Shown here in pieces: positions 1-9,787 of a stretch of DNA of 53,314 nucleotides. The DNA comes from Clostridium sp. (lineage in GTDB: Bacteria > Bacillota > Clostridia > Clostridiales > Clostridiaceae), in NCBI GenBank assembly GCA_003539755.1, contig DPOH01000325.1:1-53314 (forward strand), given 5' to 3'. Every line of letters starts with the position of its first letter. Within the stretch, counting starts at the first letter, position 1. The notes below the pieces were generated by a model that had not been told where the DNA came from, ran no database searches, and saw nothing but the letters and a program-made list of their open reading frames with translations. Position numbers and translations under genes: made by a program.

Positions 1-21
1 AAAAAAAAACAACAATTATCT

Positions 22-54
22 TCTACAGCAGCAGCAGATGTGTATAAGAAACAA
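22..54 (+). other. Probable degraded Nextera/Tn5 adapter (sequencing artefact)
   Basis: TCTACAGCAGCAGCAGATGTGTATAAGAAACAA matches TCGTCGGCAGCGTCAGATGTGTATAAGAGACAG at 26/33 positions by manual alignment; lies at the window start among long A runs. Confidence 0.7.
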
Positions 55-458
55 CATAAATTTACTATATTACAAGAGAATATAAATGTAGATTCACTTA
101 AAAAAAATATTGTAGAATATAAAAAAAAAGAATACAATACTTAAAATAAAAAGCAATAATAAAAAAATAATATTAAAAATACACCAGCCAAATCTTAAAA
201 ATAAATAGAGAAAAGTAAAAAAACTAAACAGCTTAGAATTGCTTTAAAGATATTCATATTATATTCTCCTTTGTTTTTTATTAGACTAGTATCTCCAGAT
301 TATAAATATAAATACTCTGTTTATTTTTGTAAAAATAACTTGATTTGGTAAAAAATAATAATTTTTATATAAAATATGAATATTTAGGTGGAAAAATAGG
401 GCAAAATAACGTATAATTTCAATATAAACAATAGTTGTCAAATGGAAGTGGATGATAT

Positions 459-1508
459 ATGGAACAGTACAAGAGTCTTTATAATAATATAAAAAAGAAA
501 TATATAGATGTTAGTAAGGAAAATAAAATTTTAGAGAAAAAGGTTGATTCTTTATATAATATAGTAGAGATAAGTAATTATATTAATATATATTTTAGAA
601 GTGAAAATTTAATGGATATGATTAATGATATGATTATAGGGATATTAGGAGTATCATATTCTACTATATTTATTGTTGAAAATAATGAAATGAAAATAAA
701 GTCAACAAATAATAATATAGAAAATATAAATCTGACTGATATAGAAAGATATAATATAATGCATTATAAAGATTTCTTGATTAATGAAAAAGAAACTATT
801 AAATTTGAAGGCAGTTCTAGAAATGATATACATTGTATTCTTGGTATGCCTATTAAATTAAGAGAAAAGCCATTAGGATATATTTTAGTTGAACATGAAG
901 TATATAATTCGCTTACAGATGATTCAATGTTATTTTTAAGGTCTATAGCAAATCAGGTTGCTATATCCATAGAAAATGCTTCTCTGTATAAGCAGCTTAA
1001 AAAGATGACAATGTATGATCCACTACTTGACATATATAATAGAAAGTATTTTTTTAACAGTTTAGAGAAGAAAATTAATAAAAAAAATTCAGAAAAATTT
1101 GCAATAATAATGATAGATATTGATGACTTTAAAAAAGTTAATGATACTTATGGTCATCAGTTTGGAGATAAAGTTCTGAAAACTTTTGCTGATATTATTT
1201 TGAGAAATGTTAGTAAAAAAGATATTGTTGCTAGATATGGTGGAGAAGAAATAATAATATGTATTAATAATTATAATTATAAAGAGGATGTATATAATAA
1301 TATAGAAAAGATACGAAGAGAATTAGAAGAAACTCGTATAGTTGATAATAATAATTCAATTAACATTACAGGCAGTTTTGGAATAGCATTTTTTCCTGCT
1401 GATGGACAAGATGTAAGTAATTTAATAAAGTGCGCTGATGAATTGTTATATATGTCTAAGAAGAATGGAAAGAATACTATAAGTTGTAATCATGTGTATA
1501 AAAAATAG
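459..1508 (+). CDS. GAF-sensor diguanylate cyclase (GGDEF)
   Basis: Coiled-coil N-terminus, GAF-like segment ending AISIENASLY, DPLLDIYNR, DIDDFKKVNDTYGH, RYGGEE. Confidence 0.9.
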   Translation: MEQYKSLYNNIKKKYIDVSKENKILEKKVDSLYNIVEISNYINIYFRSENLMDMINDMIIGILGVSYSTIFIVENNEMKIKSTNNNIENINLTDIERYNIMHYKDFLINEKETIKFEGSSRNDIHCILGMPIKLREKPLGYILVEHEVYNSLTDDSMLFLRSIANQVAISIENASLYKQLKKMTMYDPLLDIYNRKYFFNSLEKKINKKNSEKFAIIMIDIDDFKKVNDTYGHQFGDKVLKTFADIILRNVSKKDIVARYGGEEIIICINNYNYKEDVYNNIEKIRRELEETRIVDNNNSINITGSFGIAFFPADGQDVSNLIKCADELLYMSKKNGKNTISCNHVYKK

Positions 1509-1546
1509 ACTATTTTTAAATAAAGTGCTCATGAATACTATGAATA

Positions 1547-1575
1547 TTGCCAAAAGCATGACTTGAAGCTATACT
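1547..1575 (+). promoter_or_regulatory. sigmaA-type promoter of tyrS
   Basis: TTGCCA (1547-1552), 17 bp spacer, TATACT (1570-1575). Confidence 0.6.
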
Positions 1576-1594
1576 ATTTATATATATAGATGGT

Positions 1595-1637
1595 AATTGA
1601 CAATTGACAATTAATATTTAATTGTCCACTGTCAATT
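1595..1637. repeat. Inverted repeat built of TTGACAA-like units in the tyrS leader
   Basis: AATTGACAATTGACAATTAA-tat-TTAATTGTCCACTGTCAATT, arms 18/20 complementary. Confidence 0.75.
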
Positions 1638-1673
1638 GTTTTCTAAAGAGCATAATTTAAGGAGGTATTATTA

Positions 1674-2894
1674 ATGGCAAACGTATTAGATGAGCTATTA
1701 GAAAGAGGATACATAAAACAATTTACCCATGAAGAAGAAACTAGAAAATTATTAGAAAATGAGAAGGTTACTTTTTATATAGGATTTGATCCAACTGCAG
1801 ATAGCTTACACGTGGGACATTTTATTGCAATGATGTTTATGGCTCATATGCAAAGAGCAGGACATAGACCAATAGCTTTAATTGGTGGTGGAACTGCAAT
1901 GGTAGGAGATCCAAGTGGTAAGACAGACATGAGAAAGATGCTTACTAAGGAAGATATTGAACATAATGTTGAATGCATTAAGAAGCAAATGGAAAGATTT
2001 ATAGACTTTTCTGATGATAAAGCTATTTTAGTAAACAATGCAGATTGGTTATTAAAGGCTAATTATGTTGATTTCTTAAGAGAAGTAGGAGTTCACTTCT
2101 CAGTTAACAGAATGCTTACTGCTGAATGTTTTAAACAAAGATTAGAAAGAGGATTATCATTCTTAGAATTTAATTATATGTTAATGCAAGGATATGATTT
2201 CTATGTATTAAATCAAAAATATAATTGTAAAATGGAATTAGGTGGAGATGACCAATGGTCTAACATGATTGCTGGTGTTGAACTTGTAAGAAGAAAAGCT
2301 CAAGGTCAAGCAATGGCTATGACATGTACATTATTAACAAACAGCCAAGGTCAAAAAATGGGTAAAACTGTTGGCGGTGCTTTATGGCTTGATCCAAACA
2401 AAACTTCGCCATTTGACTTCTATCAATACTGGAGAAACGTTGATGATGCTGATGTTGAAAAATGTTTAGCTTTATTAACATTCTTGCCAATGGATGAAGT
2501 AAGAAGATTAGGTGCATTAGAAGGTTCGGAAATAAATAAGGCTAAGGAAATATTAGCATATGAAATAACTAAACTTGTTCACGGTGAAGAAGAAGCTAAA
2601 AAAGCTCAAGATGCTGCAAGAGCTTTATTTGCAGGTGGAGCAGATATGTCTAATGTTCCAACAGTAACTATTTCTAAAGAAGAAGTAGGAACATCATTAT
2701 TAGATATAATGGCATCTAATAAAATAGTACCATCTAAAAAAGAAGGTAGAAGACTAATAGAACAAGGTGGATTATCTCTAAATGGAGTTAAAGTTACAGA
2801 TGTAGCTAGAACTTTAAATGAAGATGACTTTGAAGATGGAATTGCCTTAATTAAAAGAGGTAAGAAAAACTATAATAAGATTGAAGTTAAATAA
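1674..2894 (+). CDS. tyrS: Tyrosine--tRNA ligase
   Basis: [15 protein letters not shown] (HIGH), [13 protein letters not shown] (KMSKS), C-terminal S4-like domain; RBS AAGGAGGT. Confidence 0.97.
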   Translation: MANVLDELLERGYIKQFTHEEETRKLLENEKVTFYIGFDPTADSLHVGHFIAMMFMAHMQRAGHRPIALIGGGTAMVGDPSGKTDMRKMLTKEDIEHNVECIKKQMERFIDFSDDKAILVNNADWLLKANYVDFLREVGVHFSVNRMLTAECFKQRLERGLSFLEFNYMLMQGYDFYVLNQKYNCKMELGGDDQWSNMIAGVELVRRKAQGQAMAMTCTLLTNSQGQKMGKTVGGALWLDPNKTSPFDFYQYWRNVDDADVEKCLALLTFLPMDEVRRLGALEGSEINKAKEILAYEITKLVHGEEEAKKAQDAARALFAGGADMSNVPTVTISKEEVGTSLLDIMASNKIVPSKKEGRRLIEQGGLSLNGVKVTDVARTLNEDDFEDGIALIKRGKKNYNKIEVK

Positions 2895-2904
2895 ATTGAA
2901 ATAT

Positions 2905-2942
2905 AAAAGGGTTCTGTAATGCTAATATTACAGGGCTCTTTA
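2905..2942 (+). terminator. Intrinsic terminator after tyrS
   Basis: GGGTTCTGTAAT...ATTACAGGGCTC stem with G-U pairs, followed by TTT. Confidence 0.65.
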
Positions 2943-3007
2943 TAAATTTATATATCTATTACTCGATAAATAATTGTATGAATAAAAGTTAGAGGTGAGA
3001 CGCGATA

Positions 3008-4873
3008 ATGCCAGGAATTTGGAATATAAATAATGGATATAATATCAATTCAAAAAAAATTTCTAGCAAATTAACTTTTGACGTAGGCGAAAAATTTACT
3101 GGAAGAGTTGTATCAAAAGGTGAAGGTAAGGATGTTACAATAAAACTTTCAGATGGTTGGCAGTTTATTGCGGAAGTTGAGGGAAATATAAATTTTGAAG
3201 AGCTGAAATTAGTTAAATTTCAAGTAGATGGATTTGAGAATGGAAAGCTTAAATTAAAAGTTATAAATCAAGGAACTAAACAGGATTCAGAAGTAGATGA
3301 AAATTTTAAAGAGATAATAGATAAAGAAGGTCTTTCAAAGGAAGATGTCCCTATTTTAAAGAAAATGGTTAGTTATAGTATTCCATTAACTAGAGAGAAT
3401 ATAAACAAAATTAAAGGGATACTTCAGTTTAATGAGAAAGTTAATTTTGATTCTGACGAGATAAATAAATTTATAGAAAAATATACAGCAGGTAAAAATA
3501 TTGATATTAACAGTGCAGAGGGTAGAAAAATCCAAGATACTTTGACAAAGTTCTTTGAACAATTTAAGAACATGAGCGAAGATGATATATTCGTATTTAT
3601 TGAGAATAATATTGATTTTTCTGCAGAGAATATTGAAAGTTTTAATAAACTTTTTAAAGGTAATTCTTCAATAGAAAAAGTACTTATGGATATCCAAGAA
3701 AAACTTAACAATATTGATTTTGATAAAGATATTATGGAATCTATAAATTCTAAAATAAGTATGTTTGATAAACAGAAATTCCCCAATATTAATAAAGGTT
3801 CTATTGATACTACGAGTCAGTCGCTAGCATCTAAGATATATGCAGATAATAATCCCATGAATACAAAGGTAGATGTTTTGGATCTTCTTAAAACATTAGC
3901 TTCTAATAGTAGTGATGAAAGTACGTCAGTATTTGCTAACAATCAAGATACTATAATTGAAAATAGTAATAAATCTTTAACTGATAGATTACAAGATAAA
4001 AATTTTCTTAATGATGTAAAATCAATAATTGGAAATATAAATACATCAGAAGAAATACCTAAAACTCAAGCTTCATCACTTATAGAATCTACTAATAAGG
4101 CAAAAATAGAAGCTTTATTGAGTAGGGCTGAAAGTAGAGAAGTAAAGCTTTCTGATGATGAATATAAGATGATAAAAGAAGCTTTAAGTAAATATAAAAG
4201 TGAATCATCATATGAAGCTTTTCCTCAAAAGACTAAGTCAACGCCATTAAATACATTTAATATAAAAAATATGAATACACAGTTCAGTGGGGCTGATAAG
4301 TTTACAGGATTTAATATTAATAGAGAAGAGGCTATTAAGGAAAATATACAAGAGAAGATTAATAATGTAAAGGATATAGTAAAGGGCTTATTAAATCAAA
4401 CAGAATTACAAGATAGTGCAGTTTTAGATAAAGTGATGAGTACTCTTAAACAAAATATGAATGATTTTAGAATATTTAACTCAATAAGCAATGAGTATTA
4501 CTATTTAAATTTTGGCGTAAATACGCAGAATGCAGAATATCCATGTAAATTAATAATTAAAGACAACAGAAAAGATGGAAAGAAAATAGATACTACAAAT
4601 ACTAAGATGGTTGTAAGTGTAAAAACAATTAATTTAGGTGATATAGATGGATATATTACTTTGAGGAATAATAAACTTGATGTAAATTTGAAATGTGACT
4701 GGGGATTTTCAGATATAATAAATAATCATAAAGCACAACTCTTAAATGGCTTAAATAGTTTAGGAATGTTAGCAAGTGTAAGTGTATCAACTAAAGAAAG
4801 ACCTGTTGATATATCAAGTTGTAGAGAATTTTTTAGTGATGTTACAATTTCTGCTATAGATACGAAAGTGTAA
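3008..4873 (+). CDS. Flagellar hook-length control (FliK-like C-terminal domain) protein
   Basis: C-terminal beta-rich segment (VVSVKTINLGDIDGYITLRNNKLDVNL) resembles the FliK T3S4 domain; adjacent to an FlhB-C-like gene. Confidence 0.55.
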   Translation: MPGIWNINNGYNINSKKISSKLTFDVGEKFTGRVVSKGEGKDVTIKLSDGWQFIAEVEGNINFEELKLVKFQVDGFENGKLKLKVINQGTKQDSEVDENFKEIIDKEGLSKEDVPILKKMVSYSIPLTRENINKIKGILQFNEKVNFDSDEINKFIEKYTAGKNIDINSAEGRKIQDTLTKFFEQFKNMSEDDIFVFIENNIDFSAENIESFNKLFKGNSSIEKVLMDIQEKLNNIDFDKDIMESINSKISMFDKQKFPNINKGSIDTTSQSLASKIYADNNPMNTKVDVLDLLKTLASNSSDESTSVFANNQDTIIENSNKSLTDRLQDKNFLNDVKSIIGNINTSEEIPKTQASSLIESTNKAKIEALLSRAESREVKLSDDEYKMIKEALSKYKSESSYEAFPQKTKSTPLNTFNIKNMNTQFSGADKFTGFNINREEAIKENIQEKINNVKDIVKGLLNQTELQDSAVLDKVMSTLKQNMNDFRIFNSISNEYYYLNFGVNTQNAEYPCKLIIKDNRKDGKKIDTTNTKMVVSVKTINLGDIDGYITLRNNKLDVNLKCDWGFSDIINNHKAQLLNGLNSLGMLASVSVSTKERPVDISSCREFFSDVTISAIDTKV

Positions 4874-4973
4874 GAAATAGTAGGAAAATTGAAATTGTAT
4901 AAATAAAAATTATAAGGTAAAATGAAACTTGTATGTGATTTAGACTTATTAATTTTAAAGGGGGTATGTTAAT

Positions 4974-5231
4974 ATGAATCAACGAAAAAAGGCAGCAGCA
5001 TTAAGATATGAATTTAATAGTGATGCTCCGATTGTTACTGCAGCTGGAATGGGCCATATTGCTGATAAAATACTAGAAAAAGCTGAAGAAAATGAAGTTC
5101 CTATAGTATATAATAAAGAGCTAACTAATTTATTATGCAATGTGGATGTAGGCCAAGAAATACCCTCAGAATTATACGAAGCAGTTGCTCACGTAATAGC
5201 GTTTGTCACAGATTTAGATAAACACAGATAA
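4974..5231 (+). CDS. Stand-alone FlhB C-terminal-like (EscU/YscU/HrcU family) protein
   Basis: AAALRY...APIVTAAGMG, EIPSELYEAVAHVIAFV typical of the FlhB cytoplasmic tail. Confidence 0.85.
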   Translation: MNQRKKAAALRYEFNSDAPIVTAAGMGHIADKILEKAEENEVPIVYNKELTNLLCNVDVGQEIPSELYEAVAHVIAFVTDLDKHR

Positions 5232-5318
5232 AGAAGGTAGCTATGCTACAAATAAGAACAATTCACCGCTAAAGCCATCAGCTATGCTGATATTAACAAC
5301 AATTCACAGATAAAAAGG
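5223..5318. repeat. Degenerate 41-bp tandem repeat, about 2.3 copies
   Basis: 5239-5266 vs 5280-5307 match 23/28; CACAGATAAA recurs at 5223 and 5305 (82 bp = 2 x 41). Confidence 0.6.
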
Positions 5319-5330
5319 AGAAAAAATGTA

Positions 5331-6026
5331 ATGGCACTTTATACTATTTCAGATTTGCATCTTGGTTTTAATGTGGAAAAACCTATGGATATATTTGGAG
5401 ATAAGTGGAGAGATCACACTGATAAAATAAAAAAGAACTGGATTGAAAAAGTCAATGATGATGATACAGTACTTATTGCAGGTGATATATCATGGTCATT
5501 AAGAGCTGATGATAGCAAATATGATTTAGATTGGATAGATCAACTACCAGGAAGGAAGATTATAAGTAAAGGAAATCATGATTACTGGTGGGGAAGTATA
5601 TCAAAACTAAATAAATTATATGAAAACACAAAGTTCTTGCAAAATAATTTTTATGAATATGATGACTTTGCTATCTGTGGAACAAGAGGATGGATGTGTC
5701 CTGGCGGGGATAAATATAAATATACAGAAAAAGATGAGAAAATCTATAAAAGAGAACAGATAAGACTTAGATTATCACTAGAAGCTGCCAAGAAAGCAGG
5801 ATATGAAAATATAATAGTAATGATTCACTATCCACCAACTAATGAAAAATTTGAAGAATCCGATTTTATAAAGATATTTAAAGAATTTAATGTTAAAAAA
5901 GTAATATACGGACACTTACATGGGCCTGTTTTAATGGGAAATTTATTAAATGGATATGTTGATGGAATTGAATATATTCTATCTTCTGCAGACTATATTA
6001 ATTTTAACCCTAAGAGAGTATTATAG
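5331..6026 (+). CDS. Calcineurin-like metallophosphoesterase
   Basis: SDLH, AGD, GNHD, HYPP, GHLH motifs. Confidence 0.9.
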   Translation: MALYTISDLHLGFNVEKPMDIFGDKWRDHTDKIKKNWIEKVNDDDTVLIAGDISWSLRADDSKYDLDWIDQLPGRKIISKGNHDYWWGSISKLNKLYENTKFLQNNFYEYDDFAICGTRGWMCPGGDKYKYTEKDEKIYKREQIRLRLSLEAAKKAGYENIIVMIHYPPTNEKFEESDFIKIFKEFNVKKVIYGHLHGPVLMGNLLNGYVDGIEYILSSADYINFNPKRVL

Positions 6027-6080
6027 ATAAATAAAAGAAATCATGATAATAGCAATATCATCATGATTTCTTTTATTTAT
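6027..6080. terminator. Intrinsic terminator, long perfect inverted repeat
   Basis: ATAAATAAAAGAAATCATGAT / ATCATGATTTCTTTTATTTAT, 21-bp arms. Confidence 0.75.
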
Positions 6081-6175
6081 AAAGAATGTACTAAAAAAGT
6101 TATTTTAGGATTCAAAATTTAATTTTGTATATATTCACAATTAAAAATAAATCTGAAAAAGTTTACAAAATAATA

Positions 6176-6204
6176 TTGACTTATTCCATAAAAAGGAATA
6201 ATAT
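6176..6204 (+). promoter_or_regulatory. sigmaA-type promoter of xylB
   Basis: TTGACT, 17 bp spacer, TAATAT. Confidence 0.6.
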
Positions 6205-6206
6205 TA

Positions 6207-6231
6207 ACTTATGAAATAACTTTTAAAAAGT
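6207..6231. promoter_or_regulatory. XylR operator upstream of xylB
   Basis: ACTTATGAAA-TAACT-TTTAAAAAGT, 25-bp imperfect palindrome resembling the clostridial XylR motif; overlaps the expected start site; second copy at 9056. Confidence 0.75.
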
Positions 6232-6267
6232 TTATTTAAAAGACATTTTAATAAGAGGAGTGGAATT

Positions 6268-7773
6268 ATGAGATACTTATTAGGTTTAGATATAGGCACT
6301 TCGGGTACAAAGACAGCATTATTTGATGAAGATGGAAAAACTATTGCTACTGCAACATTTGGATATGATTTATTTCAGCCTAAGGTAGGATATGCTGAGC
6401 AAAATCCAGATGACTGGTGGGATGCATGTGTTAAAGGAATAAGAGCAGTAATAGATAAAAGTAATGTACAATCTATTGATATTAAAGGAATCGGCTTAAG
6501 TGGTCAAATGCATGGATTGGTATTATTAGATAAAGATAATAAAGTAATTAGAAAATCTATAATATGGTGTGACCAAAGAACTGAAAAAGAATGTGAGTAT
6601 ATTACGGAAAAGATAGGGAAGGAAAGATTAATTAAAATAACAGGTAATCCAGCAATGACAGGATTTACTCTTTCTAAGCTGTTATGGGTTAGAAATAATG
6701 AACCTGAGAATTATAAAAAGATTAATAAAATTCTATTACCTAAAGATTATATAAGATTTAAATTAACAAATGTATTTGCTACAGAAGTTTCTGATGCAAG
6801 TGGAATGCAGATGCTTGATATAAATACAAGAAGTTGGAGTGATGAACTTCTTAATGATTTAGAGATAGATAAGAATATACTAGCTGATGTATATGAATCA
6901 GTTGTTGTAAGTGGAAAAGTAAGCAGTGAAGCAGCTGAGTTAACTAATTTATCAGAGGGAACCCCAGTAGTTGGAGGAGCTGGAGATCAGGCTGCAGGAG
7001 CTATTGGAAGTGGAATAGTAAAAGAAGGAGTTATATCTACAGTAATAGGAACTTCAGGAGTTGTATTTGCCTCAACTGATACACCTAAGTTTGATAAAGA
7101 TGGACGAGTTCATACACTATGTCATGCAGTTCCAGGAAAGTGGCATGTAATGGGAGTAACTCAAGGTGCTGGACTTTCGTTAAATTGGTTTAAGAAAACA
7201 TTCTGTGCAAAAGAAATTGAAGATAGTAAAAAGCAGAATGTTGATGTATATGATTTATTAACACAAGAAGCTGCACAATCAAAACCAGGATCAAACGGAG
7301 TTACTTATTTACCATATTTAATGGGCGAAAGAACACCACATCTTGATCCAAATGTAAAAGGTGGATTCTTTGGAGTTTCATTAATAAATAATCACAATGA
7401 TTTTGTAAGAAGTGTACTTGAAGGAGTAAGCTTCAGCTTAAAGAATTGTTTAGATATTATAGAAGATATGAATGTAAAGGTTGAAGACGTCAGAGTAAGC
7501 GGCGGTGGAGCAGAGAGTGCTGTATGGAGGCAGATTCTTGCAGATATATTCCAATATCCATTAAACACAGTAAAAGCTTCAGAAGGTGGAGCTTTAGGGG
7601 TTGCAATACTTGCTGGGGTTGGAGCAGGAATATATCCATCAGTGGAAGAAGCTTGTGAAAGAATTATAGAAAAAGCAGATAATAAAGTAACACCTAATAC
7701 TGAGTTAAGGGAAACATATGAAAAGGTATATGCTGTTTATAACTCACTTTACGAAAGAATAAAGGATATTTAA
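6268..7773 (+). CDS. xylB: Xylulokinase
   Basis: FGGY kinase: GLDIGTSGTK, SGQMHG, GGAGDQAAGA, PYLMGERTP; xylan locus context. Confidence 0.93.
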   Translation: MRYLLGLDIGTSGTKTALFDEDGKTIATATFGYDLFQPKVGYAEQNPDDWWDACVKGIRAVIDKSNVQSIDIKGIGLSGQMHGLVLLDKDNKVIRKSIIWCDQRTEKECEYITEKIGKERLIKITGNPAMTGFTLSKLLWVRNNEPENYKKINKILLPKDYIRFKLTNVFATEVSDASGMQMLDINTRSWSDELLNDLEIDKNILADVYESVVVSGKVSSEAAELTNLSEGTPVVGGAGDQAAGAIGSGIVKEGVISTVIGTSGVVFASTDTPKFDKDGRVHTLCHAVPGKWHVMGVTQGAGLSLNWFKKTFCAKEIEDSKKQNVDVYDLLTQEAAQSKPGSNGVTYLPYLMGERTPHLDPNVKGGFFGVSLINNHNDFVRSVLEGVSFSLKNCLDIIEDMNVKVEDVRVSGGGAESAVWRQILADIFQYPLNTVKASEGGALGVAILAGVGAGIYPSVEEACERIIEKADNKVTPNTELRETYEKVYAVYNSLYERIKDI

Positions 7774-7848
7774 CTAGGAACACAATAATGATATTATATT
7801 ACTAAATATAATATTACTGTTAAGGCCTAGAGAGGAGTAATTTTTAAA

Positions 7849-9003
7849 TTGATAGAAGTTAATCACAGCAAAATAAAAGAGACTAATAGGAATAAAATAA
7901 TCAAATTATTATTAGAAAAGAATGAAATAACTAAATTAGATATATCCAGAAGCTTAGATATAAGCATAACTACAGTATCTACTAATATTGCAGAATTAAA
8001 AAAATTGGGAATAGTGGAAGATGTAAGGTCTTTAGAATCTACAGGTGGAAGAAAAGCAATGGCAATAAGATTGAATGAAAATTGTAAATATTCAATAGGG
8101 GTTGCATTAACACCTAAGCATATAAAAATATCTCTTATAAATCTAAAGAGTCAGGAAATTGGTAGATTAAAAGTTAAACACGGAAATAAAAATATAAATG
8201 AAATAATTGAAATAGTTAAAGATAGTATTGCAGAAATTCTTAATAGTAATAATGTTGATTATAAAACTCAGCTTTTAGGAGTAGGAATTTCAATTCCAGG
8301 AACTGTAGATTCAGAAGCTGGAATAATTAAAAACTGTTATCTGTTAAATATTAAAGAAGAACTTAATTTAAAAAATGAATTTGAATATTTAGGTATTCCT
8401 ATTTATGTTGATAATGAAGCAAATTTATCCGCATATTATGAATATTTAAATAAAAAGGATATGATAAATAATTTATTGTATGTTTCTATAACAGATGGTT
8501 TTGGTGCTGGAATAATTATTAATGGTGAAATATATAGAGGTAGCAATAATTCAGCTGGTGAAATAGGCCATACTAAAATAAATGTAGGTGGGAAAAAGTG
8601 CAAATGTGGTGGAGAGGGATGTCTTGAAGCATATGCCTCTACAGATGCATTAATAAAACAGTACAATTTAAAGTATTCTAAAGATATTAATGATATAGAA
8701 GAATTCGAAGAATTATGCGAAAAGAAAGATAGCCAAGCATTAGAAATATTAAATGAATACTTATTCATACTAGGAACAGGAATTTTAAATCTTATGCTTA
8801 TACTTGATCCAAATACTATTGTTATTGGAGGAGATATTAAAAGCTTATTGGATGAGAATATAGAATCATTAAGAGAAAATATATGTAACAATAATTTATT
8901 TGCAGACAGAGAAAAGTGTAGAATTGAAATAACTAAATTTAAAGAATCTTATCTGCTTGGAGCAGCTAGAATGGTCATAGAAGAGTTTCTTACAATAAAG
9001 TAA
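7849..9003 (+). CDS. xylR: ROK-family xylose repressor
   Basis: N-terminal HTH, STGGRK, DNEAN, AGEIGH, CKCGGEGCLE; TTG start with GAGGAG RBS. Confidence 0.85.
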   Translation: MIEVNHSKIKETNRNKIIKLLLEKNEITKLDISRSLDISITTVSTNIAELKKLGIVEDVRSLESTGGRKAMAIRLNENCKYSIGVALTPKHIKISLINLKSQEIGRLKVKHGNKNINEIIEIVKDSIAEILNSNNVDYKTQLLGVGISIPGTVDSEAGIIKNCYLLNIKEELNLKNEFEYLGIPIYVDNEANLSAYYEYLNKKDMINNLLYVSITDGFGAGIIINGEIYRGSNNSAGEIGHTKINVGGKKCKCGGEGCLEAYASTDALIKQYNLKYSKDINDIEEFEELCEKKDSQALEILNEYLFILGTGILNLMLILDPNTIVIGGDIKSLLDENIESLRENICNNNLFADREKCRIEITKFKESYLLGAARMVIEEFLTIK

Positions 9004-9011
9004 ATAATAAT

Positions 9012-9043
9012 CTGTAATATCTAAATTAATTTAGATATTACAG
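9012..9043. repeat. Perfect 32-bp palindrome after xylR
   Basis: CTGTAATATCTAAATTAATTTAGATATTACAG equals its own reverse complement; no U tract. Confidence 0.8.
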
Positions 9044-9055
9044 TGGAATACACCA

Positions 9056-9080
9056 ACTTAATAAAATAGTTTTTAAAAGT
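9056..9080. promoter_or_regulatory. XylR operator upstream of tal
   Basis: ACTTAATAAA-ATAGT-TTTTAAAAGT, same architecture as 6207-6231. Confidence 0.75.
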
Positions 9081-9116
9081 ATATTAATATGTATAAAATG
9101 AAAAGGGGAATATAAA

Positions 9117-9767
9117 ATGAGATTTTTTTTAGACACAGCAAATGTTGAATACATCAGAGAAGCAAATGAAATGGGAGTTATTTCAGGGGTAACAACTAAC
9201 CCGTCTCTAGTAGCTAAAGAAGGTAGAGATTTTAATGAAGTAATTAAAGAAATTACAGAAATAGTAGATGGACCAATAAGTGGAGAAGTAGTAAGTGAAA
9301 AAGCTGAAGGAATGATAGAAGAAGGAAGAAAAATTTCTAAAATTCATCCTAATATGATAGTGAAAATTCCTATGACAGTAGAAGGATTAAAAGCAGTAAA
9401 GGTTCTTTCTAAGGAAGGTATAAAAACAAATGTAACTTTAATATTCTCTGCAAATCAAGCATTACTTGCAGCCAATGCAGGAGCAACATATGTAAGTCCA
9501 TTCTTAGGAAGAGTTGATGACATATCAATGATAGGAATGGATTTAGTAAGAGATATAGCAGAAATCTTTAATGTACACAGTATAGAAACACAAATTATAG
9601 CTGCAAGCGTAAGAAATCCAATACATGTAATTGAAGCAGCTAAAGCAGGAGCAGATATAGCAACAGTACCATATAACCTAGTAATGCAAATGGTAAAACA
9701 CCCATTAACAGATGCTGGTCTTGAAAAATTTAAAGCAGACTGGGAAGCTGCATTTGGCAATAAGTAA
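9117..9767 (+). CDS. tal: Transaldolase (short Tal/FSA family)
   Basis: [19 protein letters not shown]-type Schiff-base Lys (IVKIPMT), YVSPFLGR. Confidence 0.9.
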   Translation: MRFFLDTANVEYIREANEMGVISGVTTNPSLVAKEGRDFNEVIKEITEIVDGPISGEVVSEKAEGMIEEGRKISKIHPNMIVKIPMTVEGLKAVKVLSKEGIKTNVTLIFSANQALLAANAGATYVSPFLGRVDDISMIGMDLVRDIAEIFNVHSIETQIIAASVRNPIHVIEAAKAGADIATVPYNLVMQMVKHPLTDAGLEKFKADWEAAFGNK

Positions 9768-9787
9768 TATTTTAGAGAGGTGATATT

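Noticed and set aside
5223-5318. Mini CRISPR array
   Set aside because: Only two degenerate 28-nt units separated by 13 nt, and no cas genes in the window.
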